Assembly: GCA_028279595.1 (NCBI GenBank)
Contig: JANQNK010000016.1
Coordinates: 1-60,585 of the forward strand
Length of the DNA stretch: 60,585 nt
Direction of reading: 5' to 3'
Source of the DNA: Thermoplasmatota archaeon
Lineage (GTDB): Archaea; Thermoplasmatota; JAKEGO01
Shown here: piece by piece, positions 1 through 8,948 of the stretch
How positions within the stretch are numbered: the first letter of the stretch is position 1
Layout: each line of letters opens with the position of its first letter
The notes under the pieces: generated by a model
Database searches by the model: none
Seen by the model: only the letters and a program-made list of their open reading frames with translations
Told to the model about the DNA's origin: nothing
Program-made: the position numbers and the translations under genes

Positions 1-136
1 CCCGTGTCTCAGAAAAACGAACTCCTATGTAAGATCCTTGCATATAATATCACCGTGCTAATCCATGAGATGGTTGGGGAGCGGATTATGATAGAGTTAC
101 GTGATTATTAAAAGTCGTTCAAATTAAAAAAGCAAA

Positions 137-589
137 TTAACGCCATTCTAAAATAAACTTCTTCTTAACATTCCTGACAGAGTTTTGAATCTGAATACCA
201 GTGTTTTCTGTAAACGGAACTTTTGTTGAGTCAGGAAGGTGAAAGCAGATTCGTAAATTAGTAGGAATGTTCTGTTCGACCTTAAGGTGATAACTTCGTT
301 TAGGCACAACCTTCCGATGATTTTTTAAATCGATGATCTCCAGTTTACTGCCATGAATTTTCGAGAAGAACGATCCCGAAATCTTTCCAATCGAGTAAAT
401 GATCACATCTCCCCGTCCCGAAGATAATCGTACATCAAAACGATATTCACGAGTTCCGACGGCAGAATGATTCCGACGGCATTTTGGTTTAAAAGTAACC
501 TTAAAGGTTTTACGTGTAGTATAAATATATAGTAATAGTGAGATTGTTCCCACAATGGCACCATATAATGCTAAAGGGTCGTTTTCCAT
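137..589 (-). CDS. hypothetical protein with N-terminal transmembrane anchor (AT-rich region)
   Basis: 150-aa ORF with hydrophobic N-terminus (LALYGAIVGTISLLLYIY). SD-like GGGTGG lies upstream. The sequence is much more AT-rich than the rest of the window. Confidence 0.6.
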   Translation of the reverse strand: MENDPLALYGAIVGTISLLLYIYTTRKTFKVTFKPKCRRNHSAVGTREYRFDVRLSSGRGDVIIYSIGKISGSFFSKIHGSKLEIIDLKNHRKVVPKRSYHLKVEQNIPTNLRICFHLPDSTKVPFTENTGIQIQNSVRNVKKKFILEWR

Positions 590-601
590 TAATCCACCCG
601 C

Positions 602-829
602 CTAATTCTTATCAAATTTTGGTTTGCACGTATGATCTTCGTAATTGATGGTTAATTCCTCTTTTGAGAATTTAACCCTCTCTTTACCGAGACCATTCCG
701 TTTTTCAAAGACACAGTATGTTTTTCCGTCATAATCTGTGATACAATCTACACTGGAATATTCTTCTCCATGAAGCGTTAGAATAAAGCGTTGTTTCTTG
801 TTGTTATCGCCCATGGAACTCCCTTTCAT
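602..829 (-). CDS. small hypothetical protein
   Basis: 75-aa ORF co-directional with and 12 nt upstream of 137..589. The start may instead be the second Met (MGDNNK), which follows GGGAG. Confidence 0.5.
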   Translation of the reverse strand: MKGSSMGDNNKKQRFILTLHGEEYSSVDCITDYDGKTYCVFEKRNGLGKERVKFSKEELTINYEDHTCKPKFDKN

Positions 830-1032
830 ATTGATTTATGAATATAAGTAGATTAGCATTGAATATGTGAATGATTCTACTTGAAATTAGTACATTCTCC
901 CCTATTGTTTCACCTCAAACCTCATTGTACGATCAATATAAAGCGATATTGACCTTTTTTTTACACGCCGGTGACATCCGGCAATTTGAGGTATAAACCC
1001 AATTAACCTTATATCCTTGAAACCATTGTAAT

Positions 1033-1263
1033 ATGTTGATGCGGGAAACCGGATCAACAAAACGCATTGCGCTCGTGTTGTCTCCTATACTTCTGTTGTT
1101 ATACTTCTTTTCCGGAGTCATTTCATGGTCTTTTGCTGTGTATTTAATATTCAATGAGGCCGATATCCTCCAAATCGTTGCTGCGGTCACGTTTGGAACC
1201 CTTTTTCTTGGAAAATCAGGAAAGATGATTCGGGACGAACTGTCTCCCCAGAATGCAATGTGA
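1033..1263 (+). CDS. small two-TM membrane protein
   Basis: Two hydrophobic stretches in a 76-aa ORF. TATA-like CTTATA lies at about 1008. Confidence 0.4.
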   Translation: MLMRETGSTKRIALVLSPILLLLYFFSGVISWSFAVYLIFNEADILQIVAAVTFGTLFLGKSGKMIRDELSPQNAM

Positions 1264-1461
1264 TTCTGCACTTAAACTCCGAATCCTGCCCCTAAAGTAC
1301 TCATCGAATGTGACTTTAAGGGCAAACCCGCCCACCACGGCCTTGCCCTATTATTAGGTACAATTGGAGGACTCTATTGAAAAAATGCGAATTTTTCTTG
1401 CAAAGTCCCGCAGATTATTTAAAGTTTGAAGTTGTGTGATATTTGTCACGTGGGGATTAAC

Positions 1462-1671
1462 ATGGTGTACGTATCAAGAATTCCGGGGGTGTGTGCCGGT
1501 TGTGGGAGCGGTCCGCTCATATTGTGTCGTTGGTGCATGTATTGTACCGAATGTAAGATCGACGAACTGTCTGGAGCGGGACGGAGATACCAGCCCACCG
1601 TCCACGACCTCATCATTCCGAGATATGATGACTCCATTCCAGATTATGACGACGATACCTCCCAGCTCTGA
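1462..1671 (+). CDS. small Cys-rich (zinc-finger-like) protein
   Basis: Motif CAGC-x7-CRWCMYCTEC. I prefer ATG 1462 to TTG 1426 because a TATA-like TTATTTAAAG at about 1416-1424 and GGGGA precede it. Confidence 0.5.
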   Translation: MVYVSRIPGVCAGCGSGPLILCRWCMYCTECKIDELSGAGRRYQPTVHDLIIPRYDDSIPDYDDDTSQL

Positions 1672-1872
1672 GCACGACCGCCGACCCTGATACGGCGACC
1701 GACCCATATCATCACCGATCCTCCCCGCGGGTCACCCCAACTTAATTCTGCACTCAAGGTCGTCAATAATAACACCTCGGGTGCAAGGCCGCCAACCCCC
1801 TCGATACCGATCCGCGAACCTATTAAGTATCCTTCATCTCTTCGGATAACTGGACACAAGGGGGACACTGCC

Positions 1873-2271
1873 ATGAAGAAGGTAGCCATAATCCTGAGAT
1901 CGTGCGATTACGAGAGCGCCATGTCAGCCTTCATGCTCGCGAATTCCTCCGCCATACTCGGCTCCGAGGTTCACATCTACATGATCTTCAGGGGCGTCAG
2001 GATCGCGAAGAAGGGCTTCAAACCGAAGTTTACACGTCCAATGGGGCCATTGACCAATGCGTTCGAGCGACGCATCAAGAAACAGGGATTCGACACCTTC
2101 CAGGAGCAGCTGGACGTTGCCCGCGAGCTCGGCGTGAAGCTCCACGTATGCGACCTCTGCGTAAGGATAGGGCTTCTCAAGAAGGAACAGCTCATCGACG
2201 GCGTCGACATAATAGGAATGCCCAGGTTCGCAGAACTCGCCGAAGAGAGCGACTCGCAGTTCTCGTTCTGA
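1873..2271 (+). CDS. DsrE/DsrF-like (DsrE2-type) sulfur-relay protein
   Basis: MKKVAII...AFMLANSSAILGSEVHIYMIFRGV...GVKLHVCDLC...LIDGVDIIG matches the DsrE fold pattern. Confidence 0.8.
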   Translation: MKKVAIILRSCDYESAMSAFMLANSSAILGSEVHIYMIFRGVRIAKKGFKPKFTRPMGPLTNAFERRIKKQGFDTFQEQLDVARELGVKLHVCDLCVRIGLLKKEQLIDGVDIIGMPRFAELAEESDSQFSF

Positions 2272-2276
2272 TCCTG

Positions 2277-2513
2277 TCACGCTTTACGTAAAAGGATCCT
2301 AATATGGTCGCCTGCGTCCTCTACCGACAACAATTCGTTCTTCTGGACCTGGACGAAGACCCGCTGGATGGAAGGGGAGATATCTGGCTCACAGAGGACC
2401 TCCACAACTTGACCGCTCTCCATCGGCTTGATGACCTTGCGTACCTCCATCAACGGTTTGGTGCAGACCATCCCGCGGGCGTCGACGGTGCCGTGGACCT
2501 CGATATCGGACAT
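2277..2513 (-). CDS. tusA: TusA/SirA-family sulfurtransferase
   Basis: VDARGMVCTKPL...MESGQVVEVL...ELLSVED...IRILLRK. The start is trimmed to MSDIEV (2513). Confidence 0.8.
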   Translation of the reverse strand: MSDIEVHGTVDARGMVCTKPLMEVRKVIKPMESGQVVEVLCEPDISPSIQRVFVQVQKNELLSVEDAGDHIRILLRKA

Positions 2514-2569
2514 ATCGACAACCGATGTGATAGGGGGTAGAATAGGGTTTTTATCCGGGTCGGTCCGGG

Positions 2570-3163
2570 TCATGGAGAGGCAGGGTCTGTGGTCCTCCAG
2601 ACGTGGCCCTTGTAGTGGCCTGTGACAGGACATCCGATGCACCTTCCGGCCTGCCAGCAGGAGCACTCGCCGCAGTCGATGTCGCAGGGTGCCTGAGAAT
2701 CCTTTTCATATGTCAACTGTATCGGTGCGATGAACTCGCGGGCCACGGATACGACTATGCTGAGGTCCACGTCCGTCACGTCGGGCCGGGGGCGGACGTG
2801 GTGGTTCACGATGGCCTCCAGGGTGGCGTAGTCGTCGCAGGCCAGGAGGATGGTGAAGTTCTTCGAACCCGTGGTGTTGAACCCGTTGATGAAGAACGGG
2901 CACTCCCCCAGCATCTTGAGGATCCCGGCCGGGTCGGAGGTCGCGATGTCCACCTTCGCCAGATGTAGCCCGAGCCTCTTGACGTCGACGCCTGCGACTA
3001 TGTTCAGGGCGCCCATGTCCTTCAACTTGCGGATCCTCTTGCTGACAGTCGGCTGGGATACTCCCAGGGCCTTGGCGATCTCTGCCTGCGAGGTGTCCGG
3101 CGCCTCCTTCATGAAGGTAAGTATATCGGCGTCGATGTCGTCCAGGAGCGGCATGTTGACCAT
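2570..3163 (-). CDS. Lrp/AsnC-family transcriptional regulator with Cys-rich C-terminal tail
   Basis: HTH LDDIDADIL...SQAEIAKALGVSQPTVSKRIRKL, a RAM-like domain, and tail CDIDCGECSCWQAGRCIGCP. SD CAGGTGA. Confidence 0.85.
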   Translation of the reverse strand: MVNMPLLDDIDADILTFMKEAPDTSQAEIAKALGVSQPTVSKRIRKLKDMGALNIVAGVDVKRLGLHLAKVDIATSDPAGILKMLGECPFFINGFNTTGSKNFTILLACDDYATLEAIVNHHVRPRPDVTDVDLSIVVSVAREFIAPIQLTYEKDSQAPCDIDCGECSCWQAGRCIGCPVTGHYKGHVWRTTDPASP

Positions 3164-3190
3164 ATCATCACCTGTATCCCATTACTCGGT

Positions 3191-3205
3191 GGAATATTAT
3201 ATTCC
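3191..3205. promoter_or_regulatory. 15-bp palindrome GGAATA-TTA-TATTCC upstream of the Lrp gene (putative operator)
   Basis: Perfect 6-3-6 inverted repeat with an AT-rich centre, 28 nt upstream of the Lrp start codon. Confidence 0.55.
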
Positions 3206-3275
3206 GATGGAACACCCTCTAAGTATAAATCATTATCAGATGCGTTCGAGGGCCCGTAACTATTCGGTGATCTTC

Positions 3276-3623
3276 CTAGAATATTACCGATCTATCGGAG
3301 CTGGCGATCATTCCTACGAAGTCCGCCATGGTCCCCTTCCTGACCCCGTCGACGACCTCCTCCTCCGGGAGGTTCCGCTCCTTTGCGCAGGTCCCGCAGT
3401 ACTTGATCTCGACGCCCGCCTCGATCACCTTGTCCAGCCACAGGAGCGGGTTGGCGAAATTGCCAGGGTCCTGCCCCTTCTTGGCGACGAAGATCCCGTC
3501 CTCGAAGAGGAAGACCTTCAGTTCATGTCCTTCCATTATGGCCGTGTGCATGAAGTTCAGCGCCGTGAAGGCACGCTCACTGGTATATGCTGGAGAACCA
3601 AGTCCGACTGCTATCGATACCAT
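3276..3623 (-). CDS. DsrE/TusD-family protein
   Basis: SPAYTSERAFTALNF...VFLFEDGI...YCGTCAKER. Start MVSIAV is preceded by SD GAGGTG. Confidence 0.85.
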   Translation of the reverse strand: MVSIAVGLGSPAYTSERAFTALNFMHTAIMEGHELKVFLFEDGIFVAKKGQDPGNFANPLLWLDKVIEAGVEIKYCGTCAKERNLPEEEVVDGVRKGTMADFVGMIASSDRSVIF

Positions 3624-3649
3624 CTCGAACACCTCGTTTACGGTCTGAC

Positions 3650-4777
3650 TCAATGAAGCCTTCGGGTTATCAGTATTGCCCCGAAGAGTGCGAGGGTCAT
3701 GGTAAGGGCCTCGAATCCGGGGAGGCTCTCGGAACCGTCGTCCCCACCACCCTTACCGATGTGAATGACGTACTCGATGGTCTTGGTCTCGGCTCCCTCG
3801 GAGTCCTCGGCAACCACCCACATGTGGATGGAGTAGCCCTCCTTGAACTTCCCGATGTCCGCGGAGTAGGTCCCGCCATCGTTCGTCATCTGGATCACCT
3901 CCTCCCTGAGGCAGGTGTCCCCTGAGCAGGCCGCCACCTCGACGGTCACGTTCGCAACGTCCCCCTCCACCGGTACCGAGACGGTGATCCTCTCCCCGGC
4001 CCCCGGATGCACCGGTTCCCAGGATACGTTCCCCATCAAAAGGTCCGCATACGTCTCCGTGGACGCGGTCTGGAGGCCGTATCCGGTAAGCGAGTCGTAG
4101 ACGGCTCCGATCACGATCAGGTTCGACAGGTCGCAGTCCGAGGCATCCCACGTGGTGCTCTCGCTCTGCTCGGTCTGGCTATAGAGCGTGATGTCCTTGT
4201 CGAAGGCGTAGTCCACGAATCCGTATGGAATAGATTCATTGTGGAGGTTCTTGTATCTCGAGATGGGTTCGACCATCGCGACCTTGAGGTTGACGTCCTG
4301 CCATGGCCACGTGGTCCCGGTGTAGGTGGCGCTGTAGCCGACCCGTACGTTCCCATCCCCTTCGTCCTCGAGCGAAACGGTAAGTGTTATCGGCGCTACG
4401 TTCCTCTCACCGCAGGCCTCGATGTGACCCTCGTATGAGTCAGGGTTCCCTGTCCGGTCCTCCCTGTAGTCGCCGTCGAATATTGCTGATGGATAAGAGT
4501 TGACCGCATAATCGTCGCCTCTGGCCTCGGCCTCGTCGTTGACGTCGGTGACCATTGACATGAAGTGGTAGTTCTGCTTATAGATCAGGTTGAGCCGGGC
4601 GGCCTCGACCTCGCCGTCGGGGCAGTACTGGCACCACGTCGTCACGAAGAGCTCCAGTACGACGGAGTGCGAGAAGTTGTCTCCGGGATCCTCGGGCTCG
4701 GCGGCCTGGGCCGGACTGACAAGGAGCAGACAGACGATCGCCATCATCAACAGAGCAAACCATCTCATGGTACTCAC
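3650..4777 (-). CDS. secreted thioredoxin-fold (CxxC) protein with PGF-CTERM archaeosortase signal
   Basis: Signal peptide, motif LELFVTTWCQYC, and a C-terminal LPGF followed by a TM helix and RR. Confidence 0.75.
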   Translation of the reverse strand: MSTMRWFALLMMAIVCLLLVSPAQAAEPEDPGDNFSHSVVLELFVTTWCQYCPDGEVEAARLNLIYKQNYHFMSMVTDVNDEAEARGDDYAVNSYPSAIFDGDYREDRTGNPDSYEGHIEACGERNVAPITLTVSLEDEGDGNVRVGYSATYTGTTWPWQDVNLKVAMVEPISRYKNLHNESIPYGFVDYAFDKDITLYSQTEQSESTTWDASDCDLSNLIVIGAVYDSLTGYGLQTASTETYADLLMGNVSWEPVHPGAGERITVSVPVEGDVANVTVEVAACSGDTCLREEVIQMTNDGGTYSADIGKFKEGYSIHMWVVAEDSEGAETKTIEYVIHIGKGGGDDGSESLPGFEALTMTLALFGAILITRRLH

Positions 4778-4934
4778 CCTACGAAATCACATTTCTCGGA
4801 CTCTATAAGAATCTATTGATACGCTTTTCCCGAACCTCGGATGGGCCAGTGGTCTGTGCGGAATATGCCACAGTTACGACAATTTACCACAAAATATTAA
4901 TCAGAGGGTCCGGATGGCCCAGGGAGGAATCGTT

Positions 4935-6371
4935 ATGGCGAACGTTGTCGGCGTCAAGAAGAACCTGCTCCTGGTCAAGATGCTCAAGCACAAGGAGGTC
5001 CGCGATCTCCCCAGGGAGTTCCTCTTCTACCTGAGGGAGCAGATGAAGCACGAGAAGTTCGTGAAGATCGCCGTCGACCACCCGAGGTTCGGCAACATCG
5101 ACCACACATACGTTCTAAACAGCCAGGTACCTCCCTATCCCAGTCCCGCTTTCACTCAGTTCCTGAAGGTCGGGAACAACGTCAGGAACGGGACCACGGC
5201 CCCGTCCTCGTGTCACATCGCCATAACCAACAGGTGCCCTTACGACTGCTGGCACTGCAGCAACGGCAACCGCGCCGAGTCGGACGACCTGGACATCGAC
5301 CTCCTGAAGAGATCGATCGCCAAGCTCCAGGACATGGGGAACAGCCTCATCGGGATAACCGGCGGCGAACCCCTGGTCAGGGACGACCTCGAGGAGATCA
5401 TATCAGCGATAGACGAGCGTTCAGTGGTCATGCTGTTCACGACCGGATACGGTCTGACGCCCGAGAGGGTCCAGAAGCTCAAGGAGGCCGGCCTGTTCTA
5501 CGCGGTGGTCTCCGTCGACCACTTCAGACCGGAGGAGCACGACAAGCTGCGCGGATACGAGGGTTCGCACAAGATCGCCATCGACGCCATCAAGATGTTC
5601 AGGGAGGCTGGACTGTACACGGTCGCGTCCTCCGTTCCACCGATCCCGATGATCGACGCGGGCGAGATGTTCGAGTTCGTCGATTACCTGAAGGACCTGG
5701 GCGTCCACGAGATCCGCTTCCTCGCTCCGATCCCGACGGGCAAGATCGTCGGACAGCGCGACCTCCGCTGGAAGAGGGACCAGGCCAAGGTCATGGCAGA
5801 GGTCCACGAGAGATACAACGCAGACAAGGAATATCCACGCGTGACCGTGTTCGGTTACATCGAGAGCGAATCCTTCCTCGGATGCTGTGCAGGGACGTTC
5901 CACATGTTCATCGAGAACGACGGCACTGTCACACCGTGCGACATGATACCGCTCAACTTCGGCAACATCGAGTCATGCGGCGTCGAGAAGGCCTACAACA
6001 GGATGGCGGGCGTGTTCCGCAACCCGCGGTACGACTGCTTCCTCCGGGCCGCCGTAACCCTCGTCGGGAAGGCGTACGAGGAGGAGGGCACACTTCCGCT
6101 CAGCCGCGAGAAGTCGATGGAGATCGCCGACAGGGTCAAGAACACGCGCATGTCCGAGTGCTTCCAGCAGCTCAAGATGCCCTACACCTGGACCGAGCAG
6201 GAGATCAAGGGTGGAAAGGCCTCCTACGGCGATTCAGGCGGATGCATGGGCTCACTCAAGGACGAGGAGCCCGCCGGTACCGGCGGCGGCTGCATGGGCG
6301 CCATAGCCGATGACGACGAGGACGTCGGCGATTCCGGCGGCTGCATGGGTTCCCTCAAGGACGAGGAGTGA
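4935..6371 (+). CDS. radical SAM protein with SPASM/Twitch-like region and C-terminal GGCMG repeats
   Basis: CPYDCWHC (CxxxCxxC), ITGGEP, and CCAGTFHMFIENDGTVTPC. SD GGAGG precedes ATG 4935. Confidence 0.9.
   Translation: MANVVGVKKNLLLVKMLKHKEVRDLPREFLFYLREQMKHEKFVKIAVDHPRFGNIDHTYVLNSQVPPYPSPAFTQFLKVGNNVRNGTTAPSSCHIAITNRCPYDCWHCSNGNRAESDDLDIDLLKRSIAKLQDMGNSLIGITGGEPLVRDDLEEIISAIDERSVVMLFTTGYGLTPERVQKLKEAGLFYAVVSVDHFRPEEHDKLRGYEGSHKIAIDAIKMFREAGLYTVASSVPPIPMIDAGEMFEFVDYLKDLGVHEIRFLAPIPTGKIVGQRDLRWKRDQAKVMAEVHERYNADKEYPRVTVFGYIESESFLGCCAGTFHMFIENDGTVTPCDMIPLNFGNIESCGVEKAYNRMAGVFRNPRYDCFLRAAVTLVGKAYEEEGTLPLSREKSMEIADRVKNTRMSECFQQLKMPYTWTEQEIKGGKASYGDSGGCMGSLKDEEPAGTGGGCMGAIADDDEDVGDSGGCMGSLKDEE
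6228..6368 (+). repeat. intragenic triple repeat GDSGGCMGSLKDEE / GTGGGCMGAIADDDE / GDSGGCMGSLKDEE
   Basis: Copies 1 (6228-6269) and 3 (6327-6368) are identical in protein and differ at 4 synonymous codons. Confidence 0.9.
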
Positions 6372-6492
6372 ATCCACCGAATAACAGTTTCAGACCTTTT
6401 AGCTACGGCGCTCGACCGCGGACCGAAGGGGCGGTCAACGCGTATCGAATCCTATGCGATGGGCCTTCGATGTCCGAAAAAACTGCCGTCAC

Positions 6493-7485
6493 TCAGTATG
6501 CTCTCGTCAGGATCGTCTCGACGGCCAGCTCGAGCCTGTCCCGGTATTCCGTCTCCGGAAGTCTGTGGAGTGCCTCGACGCACTTCTCGGCCAGGTCCTC
6601 GGCGTACTCGTATGCGTAGTCGACGGCCTTCGCCTTCTCGATGAGCTCGATGGCGCGGGCGATGTCCCTCTCGGAATGCTGTCTCGAGGTGAGTATCCTG
6701 ACCAGCTCGTCGTGGTCCTCGCCCTGCAGCACCTCCATGGCCCGTATGGCGAGTATCGTCACCTGCCCCTCGCGGATGTCGGATCCCACCGGCTTTCCCG
6801 TCTTCCCGACGTCTCCCCTGATGTCGAGGATGTCGTCGGTGACCTGGAACACCTGGCCCACGAGGTCGCCGTACTCAACGATGGCGTCCAGCTGGTCCTC
6901 GTCAGCGTCGCCCAGCCATGCGCCCACCCTCAGGCTTCCCCTGATGAGCGCGGCGGTCTTCTTCTGGATGATCTCCTCGTACAGGTCCCTGCCCATGTGG
7001 ACGTGGAACTTGTTCTCGTTCTGGATGACCTCGCCCATCGCCAGGTCTCCGCAGGCATCGGCGATCATCTGGATGACCTCCTGCGGATACCGCCCACCGA
7101 TCTCGAAGGCCTTGACGAAGAGATAGTCGCCGGCTACGAGTGCCTTGATGTGGCCGTACTGACGGTTCGTCGTCAGTATCCCGCGCCGCATGTCGGCGCC
7201 GTCGTTTATGTCGTCGTGGATGAGCGATGCCGTATGGATGAACTCGATGGCAGCGGAGATCGGGACGACCTTGTCGATATTCTCCCCACCCACCGCCTTG
7301 AAGGCGACGATGAGGAGCGCCGGCCTGATCCGTTTTCCCCCGACCCTGATGAGGTAGGACGCTATCTCGTCGAGCTTGGAGTCCGATCCGATGTGCTCGA
7401 AGATCTCCTCCTCGACGACCTCGAGGTAGCCCTTGATCTCGTCATCGATGAACTGATGGAGGTCCTCCTCGACGTTTATCACCAT
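6493..7485 (-). CDS. polyprenyl diphosphate synthase (trans-prenyltransferase)
   Basis: GGKRIRP, FARM HDDIND, RRG, KKT, and SARM FQVTDDILD. Confidence 0.95.
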   Translation of the reverse strand: MVINVEEDLHQFIDDEIKGYLEVVEEEIFEHIGSDSKLDEIASYLIRVGGKRIRPALLIVAFKAVGGENIDKVVPISAAIEFIHTASLIHDDINDGADMRRGILTTNRQYGHIKALVAGDYLFVKAFEIGGRYPQEVIQMIADACGDLAMGEVIQNENKFHVHMGRDLYEEIIQKKTAALIRGSLRVGAWLGDADEDQLDAIVEYGDLVGQVFQVTDDILDIRGDVGKTGKPVGSDIREGQVTILAIRAMEVLQGEDHDELVRILTSRQHSERDIARAIELIEKAKAVDYAYEYAEDLAEKCVEALHRLPETEYRDRLELAVETILTRAY

Positions 7486-7583
7486 TATGTGACCTCGAAA
7501 AGGGCCAGATTATTTAATCATATTGAAAACGGACGTTACGTTCGGTGGGAAAGATTTTATCGTTCCCGGGCGATGCGGTCGAC

Positions 7584-8198
7584 ATGAGGGGTCCCACCGG
7601 CATGATCATCGTGGCCGCGATAGGCCTGGCCATGACCTCTGCTGGATTCGTCCTTGTCAGCGGAGGGATCATCCTCCTAGGCCTCTGCGTCCTTCTGGCG
7701 GTATGCATCAAGGGAATGGACCAAGCGGTCGATCTCGATTCGATGGCCAGGCACCGCAGGATGGCCTATCCGCTGGCGATAGGTGTGCCGGTGATAACTG
7801 GGTATCTGGCCCTTCATCACGACCCGGTCTTCGGAATGGTCCTCGGTACAGCGATCGGACTGCTCATCGCCGGCAAGTGGGACCACCCGGCATTCTTCGT
7901 CGCCGGGATCGGGTTCATCCTGTTCATGCTCGCCTTTGTGTTGGTGGCCCAGGTTCCGATCGCCATCACATCGTACTACCTCATACCCATGGCTGCGGCA
8001 GGGAATTGGCTAGACGAGTTCTCCCACGAGAGGACAGCGGGCAAGGGGCTTCCGGGATCGGTGTTCCAGCACCGCCCGATCCTCAAGGTCGTCGGCCTGA
8101 TGGCCGTCCTCATCGGCTTCGCGGAATGGATACATCTCGGCGGACTGCTCGCGTTCGACATATCGTATGACGCGATCGCGCTCACGTGGAGGGATTGA
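7584..8198 (+). CDS. multi-pass membrane protein of unknown function
   Basis: About 7 hydrophobic segments with polar motifs (GKWDH, LDEFSHE, HRPILK, FDISYD). A TATA-like element at about 7551-7560 supports ATG 7584. Confidence 0.7.
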   Translation: MRGPTGMIIVAAIGLAMTSAGFVLVSGGIILLGLCVLLAVCIKGMDQAVDLDSMARHRRMAYPLAIGVPVITGYLALHHDPVFGMVLGTAIGLLIAGKWDHPAFFVAGIGFILFMLAFVLVAQVPIAITSYYLIPMAAAGNWLDEFSHERTAGKGLPGSVFQHRPILKVVGLMAVLIGFAEWIHLGGLLAFDISYDAIALTWRD

Positions 8199-8942
8199 AT
8201 GCCCATCGAATGGCACGAGGACGATGACCTGTATGCCGCGCTGGCCCCACTTTACTTCAACGAGGACAGGATAAGGCATGCCCGCAGGGAGGCAGGCCAT
8301 GTGATAGACCTCCTCATGCTCGAGGGCGGGGCACGTGTGCTCGACCTGGCCTGCGGTATCGGAAGGCACTCCCTCGAACTGTCCCGCCGGGGATTCGAGG
8401 TCACGGCCCTCGACCGGACATCCCAGTACATCGACACGGCGAGGGAGATGGCCCTCGTCGAGGGCCTGGACTTCGAGTTCATAGTGGGCGACATGAGGAC
8501 CTTCGAGAGGTCCGCGAGCTTCGACGCGATAATCAACATGCGTACATCCTTCGGCATGTTCGATGACCCGTCCGATGATCTTAAGGTGGCTCGGAATGTC
8601 TGCGCGAATCTCGTCGATGGAGGAGCACTGCTGATCGAGATGATAGGACGCGAGATCCTCGAACGCGGTTTCTCGGGCGATGACGAGATCACCATCGACG
8701 ACGTGACCTACCGTGAATCACGGTCCCTGGCGGGCGACGGAGGGTCCATAGTGAACCGCCTGACCATCGAGGGTCCGGAAGGTCCGATCGAGATCGACTA
8801 TTCCTACAGGCTGTACTCGAAGGATTCGATAACCAGACTTCTCAGGCACGTGGGATTCCGAGACGTGTCCGTCTTCGGCGGACTAGATGGAAGACCCTAC
8901 GACGAGGGCGCCGTCAACCTGGTCGCCGTCGGAAGGAAATGA
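8199..8942 (+). CDS. class I SAM-dependent methyltransferase
   Basis: Motif I VLDLACGIGRHS, GDMR, and FDAIINMRTSFG. Confidence 0.9.
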   Translation: MPIEWHEDDDLYAALAPLYFNEDRIRHARREAGHVIDLLMLEGGARVLDLACGIGRHSLELSRRGFEVTALDRTSQYIDTAREMALVEGLDFEFIVGDMRTFERSASFDAIINMRTSFGMFDDPSDDLKVARNVCANLVDGGALLIEMIGREILERGFSGDDEITIDDVTYRESRSLAGDGGSIVNRLTIEGPEGPIEIDYSYRLYSKDSITRLLRHVGFRDVSVFGGLDGRPYDEGAVNLVAVGRK

Positions 8943-8948
8943 TCGGGT

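Noticed and set aside
1234-1572. 12-bp direct repeat GACGAACTGTCT
   Set aside because: It is short and lies inside ORFs, with no associated transposase or att context. It is plausibly chance.
4935-6371. Assignment as tetraether synthase or GDGT ring synthase
   Set aside because: There is no recognisable Tes N-terminal Cys/His domain or B12-binding domain. The assignment cannot be supported without a search.
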